Assembly (NCBI GenBank): GCA_963697835.1
Contig: CAVOPG010000004.1
Span: 84,616 to 148,615 of the forward strand
Length of the DNA stretch: 64,000 nucleotides
Direction of reading: 5' to 3'
Source of the DNA: an uncultured Acidobacteriota bacterium
GTDB lineage: Bacteria > Acidobacteriota > Vicinamibacteria > Fen-336
Shown: piece by piece, positions 49,710 through 59,669 of the stretch
Layout: the number at the start of each line of letters is the position of its first letter
Position numbering within the stretch: the first letter of the stretch is position 1
Made by a program: the position numbers and the translations under genes
The notes under the pieces: generated by a model
Databases searched by the model: none
What the model was told of the DNA's origin: nothing
What the model saw: the letters and a program-made list of their open reading frames with translations, nothing else

Positions 49710-52329
49710 TTACTTCAGGCCCTCGATGAGGTACAGCTCGGAGAGGTTCCGGATGAACGAGTAGGCGTACGACTTCCCGTCGGCGCTGACGGCGAGATAA
49801 GGGAGGCGTCCGACGCCGGCCGGGTCCGGGGGCACGAGCTCGTGCAGCAGCTCCCGGCGACCCGTGCCGAGATCCAGACGATGGACCTGTAAGACCAACC
49901 CCCGCATTCGGGCGAGATGGAGCGAGCGTCCGTCCGTGCTCCAGCCGATGGGCCACTCTCCCGGCTCGATGCCTGGGAGCGGCCGGGACTCGCCGCCGTC
50001 GATGGGTTGAACCAAGGCCTTCCCGCTCCGGAGGACCGCAACCAGGGAACGGCCATTCGGAGAGACGATCGCTGCGACCATCCCCTCGGGACCGATGGCG
50101 CGAGGATCACCGCCGTCGACGTCCTGCGCGTAGACCTTGGAGGCGCCTTGCGACTCGGCGGCAAAGAGGAGGCGGAGGCTGTCGGGAAACCAGCGCGCCC
50201 CCCAGATAGGTCAGGCCAGGCCGAGTCAGGTCCTTGGCCTGCCCGGCCCCGGTGGGGAGGAGGATCAGTCGGGACGGTGACGTGAGGATGGACAGGGCCC
50301 ACTTGCCGTCCGGAGAGAGGGCCTGGGCCACGACCGTCGCCGAGGCGAACCGCGGGCGACCCGTCGGTCGGGCGCAGGTACGTCGAGCCACCCTCGCCCG
50401 CGCCCTCCGGGAGCTCCGTGAAGAGGACCCGGGAGCCGTCCCTCGAAAGGTCCGCCACCTGCGACATCCCCAGCCAGGTGAGCTCGCGCTCCTTCGATTC
50501 GCCGGGGGCCCGCGCGACCATGTCGTAACGAAAGTTGGGGTGGCCCACGAGCACGCTCCCGTTGCGCGAGACGTCCTCGAGGTCGAGCTGTCCCATCACC
50601 CTCAAGACGAGCCGCTCTTCTCCCCCGAGGGTCACCGCGCGGAGAGCCTTGAACTCGCCGCCCCTCGCGGCGGTGAACCAGACTTCCCGTCCGTCGGGCC
50701 GCCAGGCGAGGCCGTACAGGTCGGCCCAACCGGTCGAGAGCGTCTTCGTAGCGCCCGTCCGGTCGACAGCGACGACGGAGCCCGCGGAGAAGGCCAGGAT
50801 TGGATCCGCGTGGTCGACGAAGGCGACCCAGTCTCCCCGGGGTGACACCCGGGCGTGAGTGATTCGCCCCTTGCTCTCGTAGAGCATCTTCCCGATCGGG
50901 AACTCCAGGCGATCGACGCCGTCGACGAGGTGCACCACGGCGAGGCTCCGCGCCGTCGGGAGACCAGTCCGCCCACGCGACGTTCTCGAGGACCTCGCGC
51001 GGCGCGCCCCCGGCGAGCGGCACGCGGCCGAGGGTCGCGAAGAGGCCCTGGGCGAGACCCACCGCCAGCTCGCTGGTGGAGGAGACCGCGTGCACCACCG
51101 CGGCAGCGCAACCCGAGGGAACGTGACTCGCGGCTGTCGATGCGGGCGGTGAACACCTCGGAGGGTTCGCCCCTCCAGGCCGCGTCGTAGACGATCGTGT
51201 TGCCGTCCGGTGCGAAGCGCGCGTGGCCTAGGGTGCCGCGGTCGAAGGTGAGGCGGCGGTAGGTCGGTGGCTCGGCCGGCGCCTTCGTGCCGAGCGTGCG
51301 GTCGGCCAGGACACCCAGCGCGACACCGGCCACGAGGAGCGCGCCGATCGAAGACGGCACGCCGGCCCCGCAGCGCCGCAGCAGGGATGGCCGGCACCGC
51401 CGTGCTCGTCCCGGTGGCCGTGGCCAGCGCCTTGAGGTCGAAGGCCAGGTCGTGGGCGGATTGGAAGCGCTGCTCGGGCCGCTTCTCGAGGCAGTGGCTC
51501 ACGATGCGTTCGAGCGCCGGCGGCAGGGCCCGGGTCGTCTCCTGGAGGTCGGGCGGCTCCTCCTTGAGGATCGCGTGCATCGTCTCGGCGGCCGACTCCC
51601 CCTGGAAGGCCCGGCGTCCCGAGACCATCTCGTAGAGGACCGCTCCGAACGAGAAGATGTCCGATCGCGCGTCCGCGGGGAGGCCGCGGACCTGCTCCGG
51701 CGACATGTAGCCGACCGTTCCCATCACCGTCCCCGGCTCGGTGCCGGGAGAGAGAGTCGGCGAGTGGGTGTCGTCGGAGCTCGGGGCGATCGTCTGGCGG
51801 GCCAGGCCGAAGTCCAGGATCTTGACCCGGCCCTCCCGGGTCACGAACAGGTTCTCGGGCTTGAGGTCCCGATGGACGATCCCGTGGTCGTGGGCCGCGC
51901 TGAGGCCCTCGGCGATCTGGGCCCCGTAGTCGACGGCCTTGCGGACCGGCAACGGGCCGCCGGTGATCGCGCGCCCGCAGTGTCTCGCCCTCCAGCAGCT
52001 CGGTCACCGCGTAAGCGACGCCGTCCGCCAGCCCCGAAGTCGAAGATGGCGAGGATGTTCGGATGGGACGTCGCGGCGACGGCCTTGGCCTCCCGCTCGA
52101 AGCGCGCGAGGGCGACCGGATCCTCCGAAAGGTGCGCGGGAAGGACCTTGACCGCCACGTCCCGCTCGAGCTTTGCGTCCCGGGCGCGGTAGACCTCGCC
52201 CATGCCGCCGGCGCCGAGGGGCGCGACGATCTCGTACGAACCGAGCTTCGTGCCGGAGGCCAGGGCCAATCCGTCTCCGTTGATTGTGGAGTACGGCGTC
52301 CATTCTCGACCGCGGAGCGCGGTTGTCAA
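49710..52329 (-). pseudogene. Ser/Thr protein kinase with C-terminal TolB/WD40-like propeller, decayed paralogue with at least 7 frame breaks
   Basis: Kinase motifs are spread over ORFs 51841..52329 (GAGGMGEVYRARD), 51228..52007 ([11 protein letters not shown]) and 49715..51952 ([29 protein letters not shown]). The TM segment and propeller run through ORFs 50632..51360, 50265..51098, 49715..51952, 50107..50391 and 49710..50081. Confidence 0.8.
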
Positions 52330-52395
52330 CCGACCGGCGGGGATCCCGCTCCCTGCCGATCTCAGCCCCCTGCCGAGGCCGCCCTGCCGGGTCCC

Positions 52396-52425
52396 TTGAC
52401 ACCGGCGCCGGAGGCTCGATATGAT
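52396..52425 (+). promoter_or_regulatory. sigma70-like promoter of the ArsR-family operon
   Basis: TTGACA (52396-52401), an 18-nt spacer, then TATGAT (52420-52425), with the ATG 11 nt downstream. The inverted repeat TCAACC-caat-GGTTGA spans the start codon and is a possible operator. Confidence 0.45.
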
Positions 52426-52436
52426 TCATCAACCCA

Positions 52437-52802
52437 ATGGTTGAATATTCGGCGGTCCGGCTCAGCCGGACGTTCAGCGCTCTCGCCGATCCGACGCGTC
52501 GGGCCATCCTGGCCCGGCTCCGGACCGGCTCCCTCCGCGTCACCGAGATCGCGGCGCCGTTCGACATGTCCCTGAACGCGGTGTCGAAGCACCTCAAGTC
52601 TCTGGAGAGGGCGCGCCTCGTCCAGCGTGAGGTACGCGGCCGCGAGCACTACTGCTCGCTCGAGGCCGGGCCCCTGGGCGACGCCGCGGAATGGATGTCC
52701 GCGTACCGCGAGTTCTGGGAGAAGCGTCTCGACGCGCTGGAGCATCTGCTGGCGGCGAAGCGGACGGCTCGGTCGCGCCGGATGAAGAAGAGAGAGCGAT
52801 GA
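52437..52802 (+). CDS. ArsR/SmtB-family transcriptional regulator
   Basis: FSALADPTRRAILARL ... SLNAVSKHLKSLERARLV (wHTH). Confidence 0.85.
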   Translation: MVEYSAVRLSRTFSALADPTRRAILARLRTGSLRVTEIAAPFDMSLNAVSKHLKSLERARLVQREVRGREHYCSLEAGPLGDAAEWMSAYREFWEKRLDALEHLLAAKRTARSRRMKKRER

Positions 52803-53233
52803 CCTCGACGCCTCTCCGGATCGTCGTCGCGCGCGTGTTGTCGGCGTCTCCCGAGGAGGTGTTCGACGCCTGGACCGACCCGGAGAGCCTGGCCGTCTGG
52901 ATGTGCCCGGGCTCGGTGAAGGGGTCCGTCGTCGAAGTGGACGCGCGGGTGGGTGGTCGCTTCCGGATCGTCATGGAGGGTCCCGACTGTGACCACGAGC
53001 ACACGGGCGAGTACCTCGTGCTCGACCGTCCGCGCCGGCTGGTCTTCACCTGGATCTCCGCCGAGACCCACGGCCGCGTCACGACGGTCTCGGTCGAGAT
53101 CCGTCCGCACGGGGCGGGACGGACCGAGCTGACGCTCACTCACGAGGGCCTTCCCGACGAGACCGCTGCTCTCAGACATCGCAACGGCTGGGGGGACATT
53201 CTGGAGAAGCTGGAGAGGCACTTGAGTCGGTGA
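52799..53233 (+). CDS. SRPBCC/AHSA1-domain protein
   Basis: ATGA overlap with the arsR-like stop. Family-like sequence is SPEEVFDAWTDPESLAVWM ... GRFRIVMEG ... GWGDILEKLERHL. Confidence 0.7.
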   Translation: MTSTPLRIVVARVLSASPEEVFDAWTDPESLAVWMCPGSVKGSVVEVDARVGGRFRIVMEGPDCDHEHTGEYLVLDRPRRLVFTWISAETHGRVTTVSVEIRPHGAGRTELTLTHEGLPDETAALRHRNGWGDILEKLERHLSR

Positions 53234-53286
53234 CGGGGGCAATCTCGAGAGAAGGCCAGCGGACCGGCCTCCAGTGAGGTAGGCAG

Positions 53287-54019
53287 ATGAAAGACGACGG
53301 CAGCACGGGTATGAGTGACCACAAGGTGGTTTCGCACGAAGAGTGGCTGTCCGCGCGAACGGCGTTCCTGGCAAAGGAGAAGGAGTTCACGCGCCTGCGT
53401 GACGACTTGAGCCGGCGACGCCGCGAGCTCCCGTGGGAGAGGGTCGACAAGCCGTACGTGTTCGACGGGCCCGGCGGCAAGGAGACCCTCGTCCAGCTGT
53501 TCGGCAAGCGGAGCCAGCTCGCCGTCTACCACTTCATGTTCGGCCCCGACTGGAAGGAAGGGTGTCCAGCACTGCTCGTTCTGGGCCGACAACTTCAGCG
53601 GCATCGGCGTTCATCTCGATCAGCGCGACCTGGCCTTCGTCGTGGTCTCCCGGGCGCCGCTCGCCAGGATCGAGCCGTTCAAGAAGAGGATGGGATGGAC
53701 CTTCAAGTGGGTCTCGTCTGCCGCGACTGATTTCAACTACGACTATCAGGCGTCCTTCACCCCCGAGCAGACCCGCAGTGGAGCGGTCTTCTACAACTAC
53801 GCGAAGACGGACATGGGCTTGACGGACCGCGAGGGTGTGAGCGTCTTCTACAAAGACGGCCAGGGCGCGGTCTTTCACACGTACTCGTGCTACGCGCGGG
53901 GGATCGACCTCCTGAACACCGCCTACAACTTCCTCGACCTCGCTCCCAAGGGGCGAGACGAGGACGCCCTGGCATCGTCGCAGGCGTGGGTGCGGCACCA
54001 CGACAGGTACGAGGACTGA
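53287..54019 (+). pseudogene. DUF899 thioredoxin-like protein, one frame break near 53560-53570 inside its CxxC motif
   Basis: ORF 53287..53730 reads ...YHFMFGPDWKEGCPA and then goes out of frame. The conserved continuation CSFWADNFSGIGVHLDQRDLAFVVVSRAPL...WVRHHDRYED is in ORF 53642..54019. Confidence 0.7.
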
Positions 54020-54099
54020 AGCGCGACCGCGCGTTTCTCGGGACGAGCGCGCTCCTCTTCGTCGCGAGCGCGGGGGAGACGGTCTACTGGTGTGGATCC

Positions 54100-54792
54100 A
54101 TGTCGGGCGGCATGCGGATGCCGGGCGGCTGGACGATGTCCATGGCGTGGATGCGGATGCCCGACGAGACGTGGCTCGGCGCGGCCGCCTCTTTCCTGGG
54201 AATGTGGTTCGTGATGATGGTGGCCATGATGCTTCCGTCCCTCGTGGCCATGCTGCTCCGCTACCGTCGTGGAGTCCGGGTCGGACCGGATGCGAGCCGT
54301 CTGGACGGGCTCACGGCGCTCGTGGGCGCGGGCTACTTCTTCGTGTGGGCTTTGCTCGGCGCGGTCGTGTACCCGCTGGGCGTCGCCCTCGCGGCGGCCG
54401 AGATGCGTTGGCCGCCCCTCGCCCGCGCCGTGCCCGCCGCCACGGGCGTCGCGCTGCTCATCGCCGGTTGCGTCCAGCTGAGCGCGTGGAAGGCCCGCCG
54501 GCTCGGCTGTTGTCGCGACGCCACCGCCTGCGCGAGCTCCCCGAGGGAGGGAGCCCCGAGCGCGTGGCGCTGCGGCCTCCGTCTCGGGTTGGATTGCAGC
54601 TTGTGCTGCTCGGGCCTCATGGCGACTCTCCTCGTCGGCGGCGTCATGGATGTTGGCGTCATGGCTCTGGTGGCGGCCGCGATCACCGCAGAGCGGCTGG
54701 GGCCGAACCCGGTGCGCACGGCTCGCGCCGTGGGCGTGATGATCGTCGCGACAGGAGCGGTCGCGACGGCGCGAGCTTTCGGAGGGATGTGA
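54100..54792 (+). CDS. DUF2182-like metal-binding integral membrane protein
   Basis: GMWFVMMVAMMLPS motif plus Cys-rich helices. The start is uncertain, because the frame is open back to 53887 and overlaps DUF899. Confidence 0.55.
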   Translation: MSGGMRMPGGWTMSMAWMRMPDETWLGAAASFLGMWFVMMVAMMLPSLVAMLLRYRRGVRVGPDASRLDGLTALVGAGYFFVWALLGAVVYPLGVALAAAEMRWPPLARAVPAATGVALLIAGCVQLSAWKARRLGCCRDATACASSPREGAPSAWRCGLRLGLDCSLCCSGLMATLLVGGVMDVGVMALVAAAITAERLGPNPVRTARAVGVMIVATGAVATARAFGGM

Positions 54793-54826
54793 GCTCGCGT
54801 CGCAAGATGAAGAAAGAACCTGGCGA

Positions 54827-55045
54827 TCACTCGAAGATCAGGCGGAAGGCGACCACGCCTCCTATGAAGAGCGCGACGAGCGCGACGACGATCAGGACGG
54901 CAGCGACGATCTGGCCGATGGCTCCCAGCAGGCTGCCGGCGCGCGCCGGGCTCTCCGCGTCGTCGTCCGCGTCGTCGTCCGCGTCGAGAAACTGGAACGG
55001 GTCCTCGGCGGCGTCGGGCGGCCGCTCGTCGTCCTCCTCGATCAC
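54827..55045 (-). CDS. small protein with an acidic N-terminus and a single C-terminal TM helix
   Basis: GTG 55045 lies 1 nt after the kinase stop codon (55049-55051). Sequence is MIEEDDERPPDAAEDPFQFLDADDDADDDAE...IVAAVLIVVALVALFIGGVVAF. Confidence 0.4.
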   Translation of the reverse strand: MIEEDDERPPDAAEDPFQFLDADDDADDDAESPARAGSLLGAIGQIVAAVLIVVALVALFIGGVVAFRLIFE

Positions 55046-55048
55046 GTC

Positions 55049-57742
55049 CTACGGCGCCTCCAGCTCGAGGGCGAAGATCTGGTCGATGCTCGTGTCGCGC
55101 AAGGCCAGGATCGAATCGTCGGGGGCGTGGTTCACCCACGGGCCGAGCTGGCGAGCGAGCTGCCGCAGACCCTGGAACGAGTGAATCACCTCCCTCTTGC
55201 CGTCGGCGATCCGGAACCGGACGCGCGCGCTGCCCTCGGTGACAAAGAGATGCTGGCCGTCCCGCGCCCAGGCCGGGTACGACACCAACGTTCCCGCGGG
55301 GACGAGCGGTCGCCACCGCTGCGACGCGAAGTCGTAGAGAAGCAGGCGGAGCGAGTCGTGGGACATTGCCGCCAGGTATCGGCCATCCGGTGACCAGCGG
55401 GGGCTGAAGAGGCCCTTCGAGCCCGGCAAGGCCACCGTCTGGCCGGTCTCGAGATCCGCGACCTGGATCGTGATGTCGCGATCCTGCGGGCCAGCCGTCA
55501 GATTGCGTCCGAAGGCCATTCGATGGCCGTCCGGCGCCCAGCTTCCGTCTATCTGGGTCCCCTTGTCCTCGGGCACGGCGTCCTGTGGCGTGCCTCCGCT
55601 CGCGGGGACGAGCAGGAGTCTCGAGGCCGGTCCCGGACCCAGCCGGGCGAAGATGATCTGCTTCCCGTCGGGTGACCACTGCGGCAAGGCGGCCGGGAGC
55701 GGGGGAAAGGTGAGCTGCAGCTTCTCCGTACCGTCGGCGCGGCTGCGCCAGAGACCCCCGTCCGGCATGACCCAGGCGACCCACTGCCCGTCGTGGGAGA
55801 AGCTCACGCCCTCGGCGTCGATGCCGCCGAGGTAGGGTGCGCACTCGCCCGAGCCCAGCGCGCAACGGACCAGCTCGCCGGATTGTCTCGAGCCCTCGGC
55901 GAATACCCGCCGCCCGTCACGGCTCCACACCGGCGCGCGGTAGCTCAAGGGACCCTGGGTCAGGCGGACCGGTTCGGCGTTCCCGGGCGATAGCCATCCC
56001 GTGCGCTCCGTCAGGACCCAGAGGTCCCTTCCCGCCGGCGCCAGCGTCGCCGCCGGCAAAGCTCCTAGATCTCGGGCGCCGGCTTCGAACACGTAGTGCC
56101 GGCCGTCCGGCGCCCATCGTCCGCAGCACGCCGAGGCCGCGAAGCCGGGCAGGACGGGGTGCGGGGTGCCTCCGTCTGCTCGAACCTCCCAGAGGGACCG
56201 GCGCTGATCCTTCGGGTCGATGACCGACAGCCGCAGCCGCAGCCCGTCGGGCGCCCACGCGGGATGGATGACGGCGCCTCCTGCGGTCCAGATCTTGCGC
56301 GGGTTGGACCCGTCGGTGCCGGCGAGGAAGAGATCAGCTCCGACCGTGTAGGCGATCGTCCGACCGTCGGGAGACCAGGCGGCATCGCTCGCGCGGAGAT
56401 CTCCGACCGGCCGCGGCGTTCCTCCGAGAAACGGAACGATCCAGACCGGGCTCGGAGCCGAGAGGGTTCCCAGGATCTGCCGGTCCGCCAGGACCAGCAG
56501 CTCGGTTCCGTCCGGGGAGACGTCGACGAGGAAGGGCGCCGGGAACGGAACCGGGATCGATCCGGTGCCTCCGCCGGTGACGGCGACCTGCGTGAGCACG
56601 CGCGCGCCCGCTCCTTCGGTGAAGTACAGGCGCGTCCCGTCGGTGAACGGGCGACCCTTCGTCGCCTGATCGGACGTGACCTGCACGACCTCCTTGACCT
56701 TGAGAGGAGGGGGTGCCGAGGTGAGGCGGAGAGCCAGCGCGCCGAGTCCGACGACGGCCGCGAGCGCCACTCCCCCGAGGATGAGCCGGCGACTACCGGC
56801 GGCGCGGACGGGTACGGCCATTGCGGCTGCGCCGCTCGACGGCGACACGGCGACGGAGCTCGTCGTCACCGCCTTCCGACCCGACGTGGTGTCACGGCGG
56901 AGCCGCTTGAGATCGGCCTCGAGGTCCCGCGCCGTCTGGTAGCGGATGTCCTTGTCCTTCTCGAGCGCCTTGGCGACGATCCGGTCCAGCTCGGCGGGCA
57001 CGGCGGGATTCGCCTCGGAGGCGGGAGGCGGATCGCGGTTTAGGATCGCGTCGAACACCACGCCGGTGGTCGTCCCGGAGAACGCCTGGCGCCCCGTCGC
57101 CATCTCGTAGAGCACGATCCCCAGGCTGAAGAGGTCGGTCCGCGCGTCGAGTGCCTCTCCCCGCACCTGCTCGGGGGACATGTACGCGACCGTTCCCATT
57201 ACCGAGCCCGCGGTGGTCAGCTCGGGCGGCGCCTCCGTCGGTTTCTCTGAGGAGTCCGACACGGCTCCCTGGTGGCTCAGCTTGGCGAGGCCGAAGTCCA
57301 GGAGCTTCGCCTGCCCGCGGGGTGTCACCCACACGTTCGCCGGCTTCAGGTCGCGGTGCACGACGCCCTTGCCGTGCGCGGCGTCGAGGGCGTCCGCCAT
57401 CTGGATGCCGAGATCGAGCAGGGTCGAGAGCTCGATCGGCCGCCCGCCGATCCTCTCCCGCAGCGTCTGCCCCTCGAGAAGCTCCATGGCGATGAACCAC
57501 TGCCCCTCGTGCGCGTCGATGTCGTGGACCGTGCAGATGCCGGGATGGCTGAGGGCGGAAGCGGCGCGCGCCTCGCGCTGGAAGCGCTCGAGGGCCTGGG
57601 GCTGTGCGGCCAGGCCTTCCGGCAGGAACTTGAGAGCCACGAAACGGCCGAGCCGGGTGTCCTCGGCCCGGTAGACGACCCCCATCCCGCCGCCGCCCAG
57701 CTTCTCGACGACGCGATAGTGCGAGACCATCTCGCCGATCAT
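55049..57742 (-). CDS. Ser/Thr protein kinase with TM segment and C-terminal TolB/WD40-like beta-propeller repeats
   Basis: Intact 897-aa ORF. Kinase motifs are GGGGMGVVYRAED, VVHRDLKPANV, DFGLAK and GTVAYMSPEQ. Repeated SPDG/APDG propeller motifs follow. Confidence 0.9.
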   Translation of the reverse strand: MIGEMVSHYRVVEKLGGGGMGVVYRAEDTRLGRFVALKFLPEGLAAQPQALERFQREARAASALSHPGICTVHDIDAHEGQWFIAMELLEGQTLRERIGGRPIELSTLLDLGIQMADALDAAHGKGVVHRDLKPANVWVTPRGQAKLLDFGLAKLSHQGAVSDSSEKPTEAPPELTTAGSVMGTVAYMSPEQVRGEALDARTDLFSLGIVLYEMATGRQAFSGTTTGVVFDAILNRDPPPASEANPAVPAELDRIVAKALEKDKDIRYQTARDLEADLKRLRRDTTSGRKAVTTSSVAVSPSSGAAAMAVPVRAAGSRRLILGGVALAAVVGLGALALRLTSAPPPLKVKEVVQVTSDQATKGRPFTDGTRLYFTEGAGARVLTQVAVTGGGTGSIPVPFPAPFLVDVSPDGTELLVLADRQILGTLSAPSPVWIVPFLGGTPRPVGDLRASDAAWSPDGRTIAYTVGADLFLAGTDGSNPRKIWTAGGAVIHPAWAPDGLRLRLSVIDPKDQRRSLWEVRADGGTPHPVLPGFAASACCGRWAPDGRHYVFEAGARDLGALPAATLAPAGRDLWVLTERTGWLSPGNAEPVRLTQGPLSYRAPVWSRDGRRVFAEGSRQSGELVRCALGSGECAPYLGGIDAEGVSFSHDGQWVAWVMPDGGLWRSRADGTEKLQLTFPPLPAALPQWSPDGKQIIFARLGPGPASRLLLVPASGGTPQDAVPEDKGTQIDGSWAPDGHRMAFGRNLTAGPQDRDITIQVADLETGQTVALPGSKGLFSPRWSPDGRYLAAMSHDSLRLLLYDFASQRWRPLVPAGTLVSYPAWARDGQHLFVTEGSARVRFRIADGKREVIHSFQGLRQLARQLGPWVNHAPDDSILALRDTSIDQIFALELEAP

Positions 57743-57846
57743 GGCGTGCGTGCTCCTACTGTCGCGCGGCCCCGCCGGGCTCGGCGGCGAAATCCGGAGA
57801 GTCGCTGGCTGATCGTGGTCGGATGAAGGAGGAGGCTACCACAAGC

Positions 57847-57889
57847 GGACCGCTCCTGGCCGGGGTAGCCTGGATACTGGCCCGGTGCA
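57847..57889 (+). promoter_or_regulatory. conserved 43-nt promoter/operator-like motif, copy 1
   Basis: GGACCGCTCCTGGCCGGGGTAGCCTGGATACTGGCCCGGTGCA. GATACT (57873-57878) is followed 6 nt later by GTG start 57885. Copy 2 at 60857 matches at 38 of the 43 positions. Confidence 0.45.
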
Positions 57890-59621
57890 CCGATCGGGAG
57901 ACGCCCCTTGGAGACCACTGGCCGGGCTTCCGGTGCTGCTCCTCGACGCGCAGGCCACCGCGTCCGATCCGGCACGCGGGGAGCTCGTCGAGATCGGCTG
58001 GGCGCGCGGGCCGGCGGGCGGGACCGGCGAGCTGCCCGCCGCCGAGGTGACCGCCCACATCGTAGCGCCGCCGCCCGGGGCCGTCGTGCCGCCCGCCGTG
58101 GCCCGGCTCACCGGGGTGCGCACCGCGGAGTGGGCGTGCGGGATTGCGCCTTTCCAGGCCTGGACTCTCCTCCGGCACGCGGCGGAGCGGGTCGCGCCGC
58201 CGCCCGTGCCTGTCGTCATCCACTTCGCCCGCTTCGAGGAGCCGTTCCTGCGTGCGCTGCACGAGCGCCACGGGGCGGGGGCGTTTCCCCTAAACCTCGT
58301 CTGCACGCACGCCATCGCCTGCCGGCTGCTCCCGGAGCTGCCCCGCCGCACGCTGCGCGCCCTGGCCGGCTACTTCGGGGCCGCGGTGCCGCCGCTGCGA
58401 CGCAGCGCCGACCACGTGGTCGCCACGGCGTTCGTGTGGCACCACCTGGTCGCGCTGCTGGCCGAGCGCGAGGGCGTCGTCGGCCTCACCGACCTGCGCG
58501 ATTGGCTGGCGCGGTCGGCCCGCCGCCGCTCCCCTCGCTCCTTCCCGCTGCCGCGCGAGCGACGCCTCCGTCTGCCCGACCGCCCGGGCGTCTACCGGCT
58601 GCTGCGCGCGGGCGGCGCCGTGCTCTACGTCGGCAAGGCAGCGTCCGTGCGCCACCGCGTGAGCGGCCACTTCCACGCGCGCGCGGGTCAGGGCGAGCGC
58701 GCGCTGGAGATGCTCACGCAGGCCCGCGACGTGTCCTGCACCGAGACGGAGACCGCGCTCGAGGCGGCCCTGCTCGAGGCGGACGAGATCAAGCGGCTGG
58801 CCCCGCCTTTCAACGTCGCCCTGGCGGCGTGCGGTCGGGCAGTCTGGTTCGCGACGGCGGACCTGCGTGGTCTACAGGACGGACCGGACCCGGAGCACGC
58901 CATGGGCCCGCTCGTCTCGCCGGCACCCCTCGAGGCGCTTTCGGCGGTGCGCGCCGCGCTCGCTGGCGGCAGACCCTTCTCGGCCCCGCTCTCCGTGCGC
59001 TCCCGTGCCGTCGGGGTCGAGCCCGCCTACGGGCCCGATCCGGGGTGCTTCGCCGCCGGGCTCGCGCGGTTCGTGCACGACCACGGATTGGTAGCGAGCC
59101 CGCGCGACCTCCTCCGGCTCGGCGGGCGGCTGTGGGCGCGTCGACGTCCCGCGATCGCGAGCGTGTCCGAGCCCGGGCCGGACGACGCGGTCGTGGAGGA
59201 GCCGCGGACGCCACGCCGGCCCGCCTGGGATGACGAACGTGTGACGCGAGCGCTGGAGGAGACGGTCGTTCGCGCCGCCCACGCCGTGCGGCGCGCGCGC
59301 TGGCTCGTCCGCCTCAGCGAGTGCTCGCTCGCCTGGGCCGAGCCGGGGGCGGAGAGGCTCCGCTTGCTGGTGATCCAGGGCGGCGCGGTGGCCGCCAGCG
59401 TGGACCTCGAGCCCGGCACGCCCGTGCCGGCTCCTCCCGGACACGCGCGCACGCCCGCCGAGCGACGCACGGCCTTCGACGTGGCCACCTTCGACCGACT
59501 CCGCGTGCTCACCACGGAGCTGCGAGTCCTCGTGGACGGGGCCACCTACGTCGAGCTGCGACTGGGGCTCCACGCGCGGTTGTCCCGGGAGCGGCTGCGG
59601 GCGGTGCTGCGGTGGGTGTGA
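57885..59621 (+). CDS. DnaQ-like 3'-5' exonuclease domain + GIY-YIG nuclease domain + ~300-aa uncharacterised C-terminal region
   Basis: The N-terminus VLLLDAQATASDP...ELVEIGW is DEDD-exonuclease-like, with D-A-Q in place of D-x-E. The middle part PGVYRLLRAGGAVLYVGKAASVRHRVSGHF ... EAALLEADEIKRLAPPFN is GIY-YIG. Confidence 0.7.
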   Translation: MHRSGDAPWRPLAGLPVLLLDAQATASDPARGELVEIGWARGPAGGTGELPAAEVTAHIVAPPPGAVVPPAVARLTGVRTAEWACGIAPFQAWTLLRHAAERVAPPPVPVVIHFARFEEPFLRALHERHGAGAFPLNLVCTHAIACRLLPELPRRTLRALAGYFGAAVPPLRRSADHVVATAFVWHHLVALLAEREGVVGLTDLRDWLARSARRRSPRSFPLPRERRLRLPDRPGVYRLLRAGGAVLYVGKAASVRHRVSGHFHARAGQGERALEMLTQARDVSCTETETALEAALLEADEIKRLAPPFNVALAACGRAVWFATADLRGLQDGPDPEHAMGPLVSPAPLEALSAVRAALAGGRPFSAPLSVRSRAVGVEPAYGPDPGCFAAGLARFVHDHGLVASPRDLLRLGGRLWARRRPAIASVSEPGPDDAVVEEPRTPRRPAWDDERVTRALEETVVRAAHAVRRARWLVRLSECSLAWAEPGAERLRLLVIQGGAVAASVDLEPGTPVPAPPGHARTPAERRTAFDVATFDRLRVLTTELRVLVDGATYVELRLGLHARLSRERLRAVLRWV

Positions 59622-59669
59622 GGGCCGACTTGTGTGAGCCGGCGCGATCGTCCAAGCTACGGAGCGGCG

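Noticed and set aside
57857-57875. Sigma-54 (-24 GG / -12 GC) reading of TGGCCGGGGTAGCC within the repeated motif.
   Set aside because: The GG-to-GC spacing is 10 nt in copy 1 and 11 in copy 2, not 12. The GC element is not conserved between the copies.
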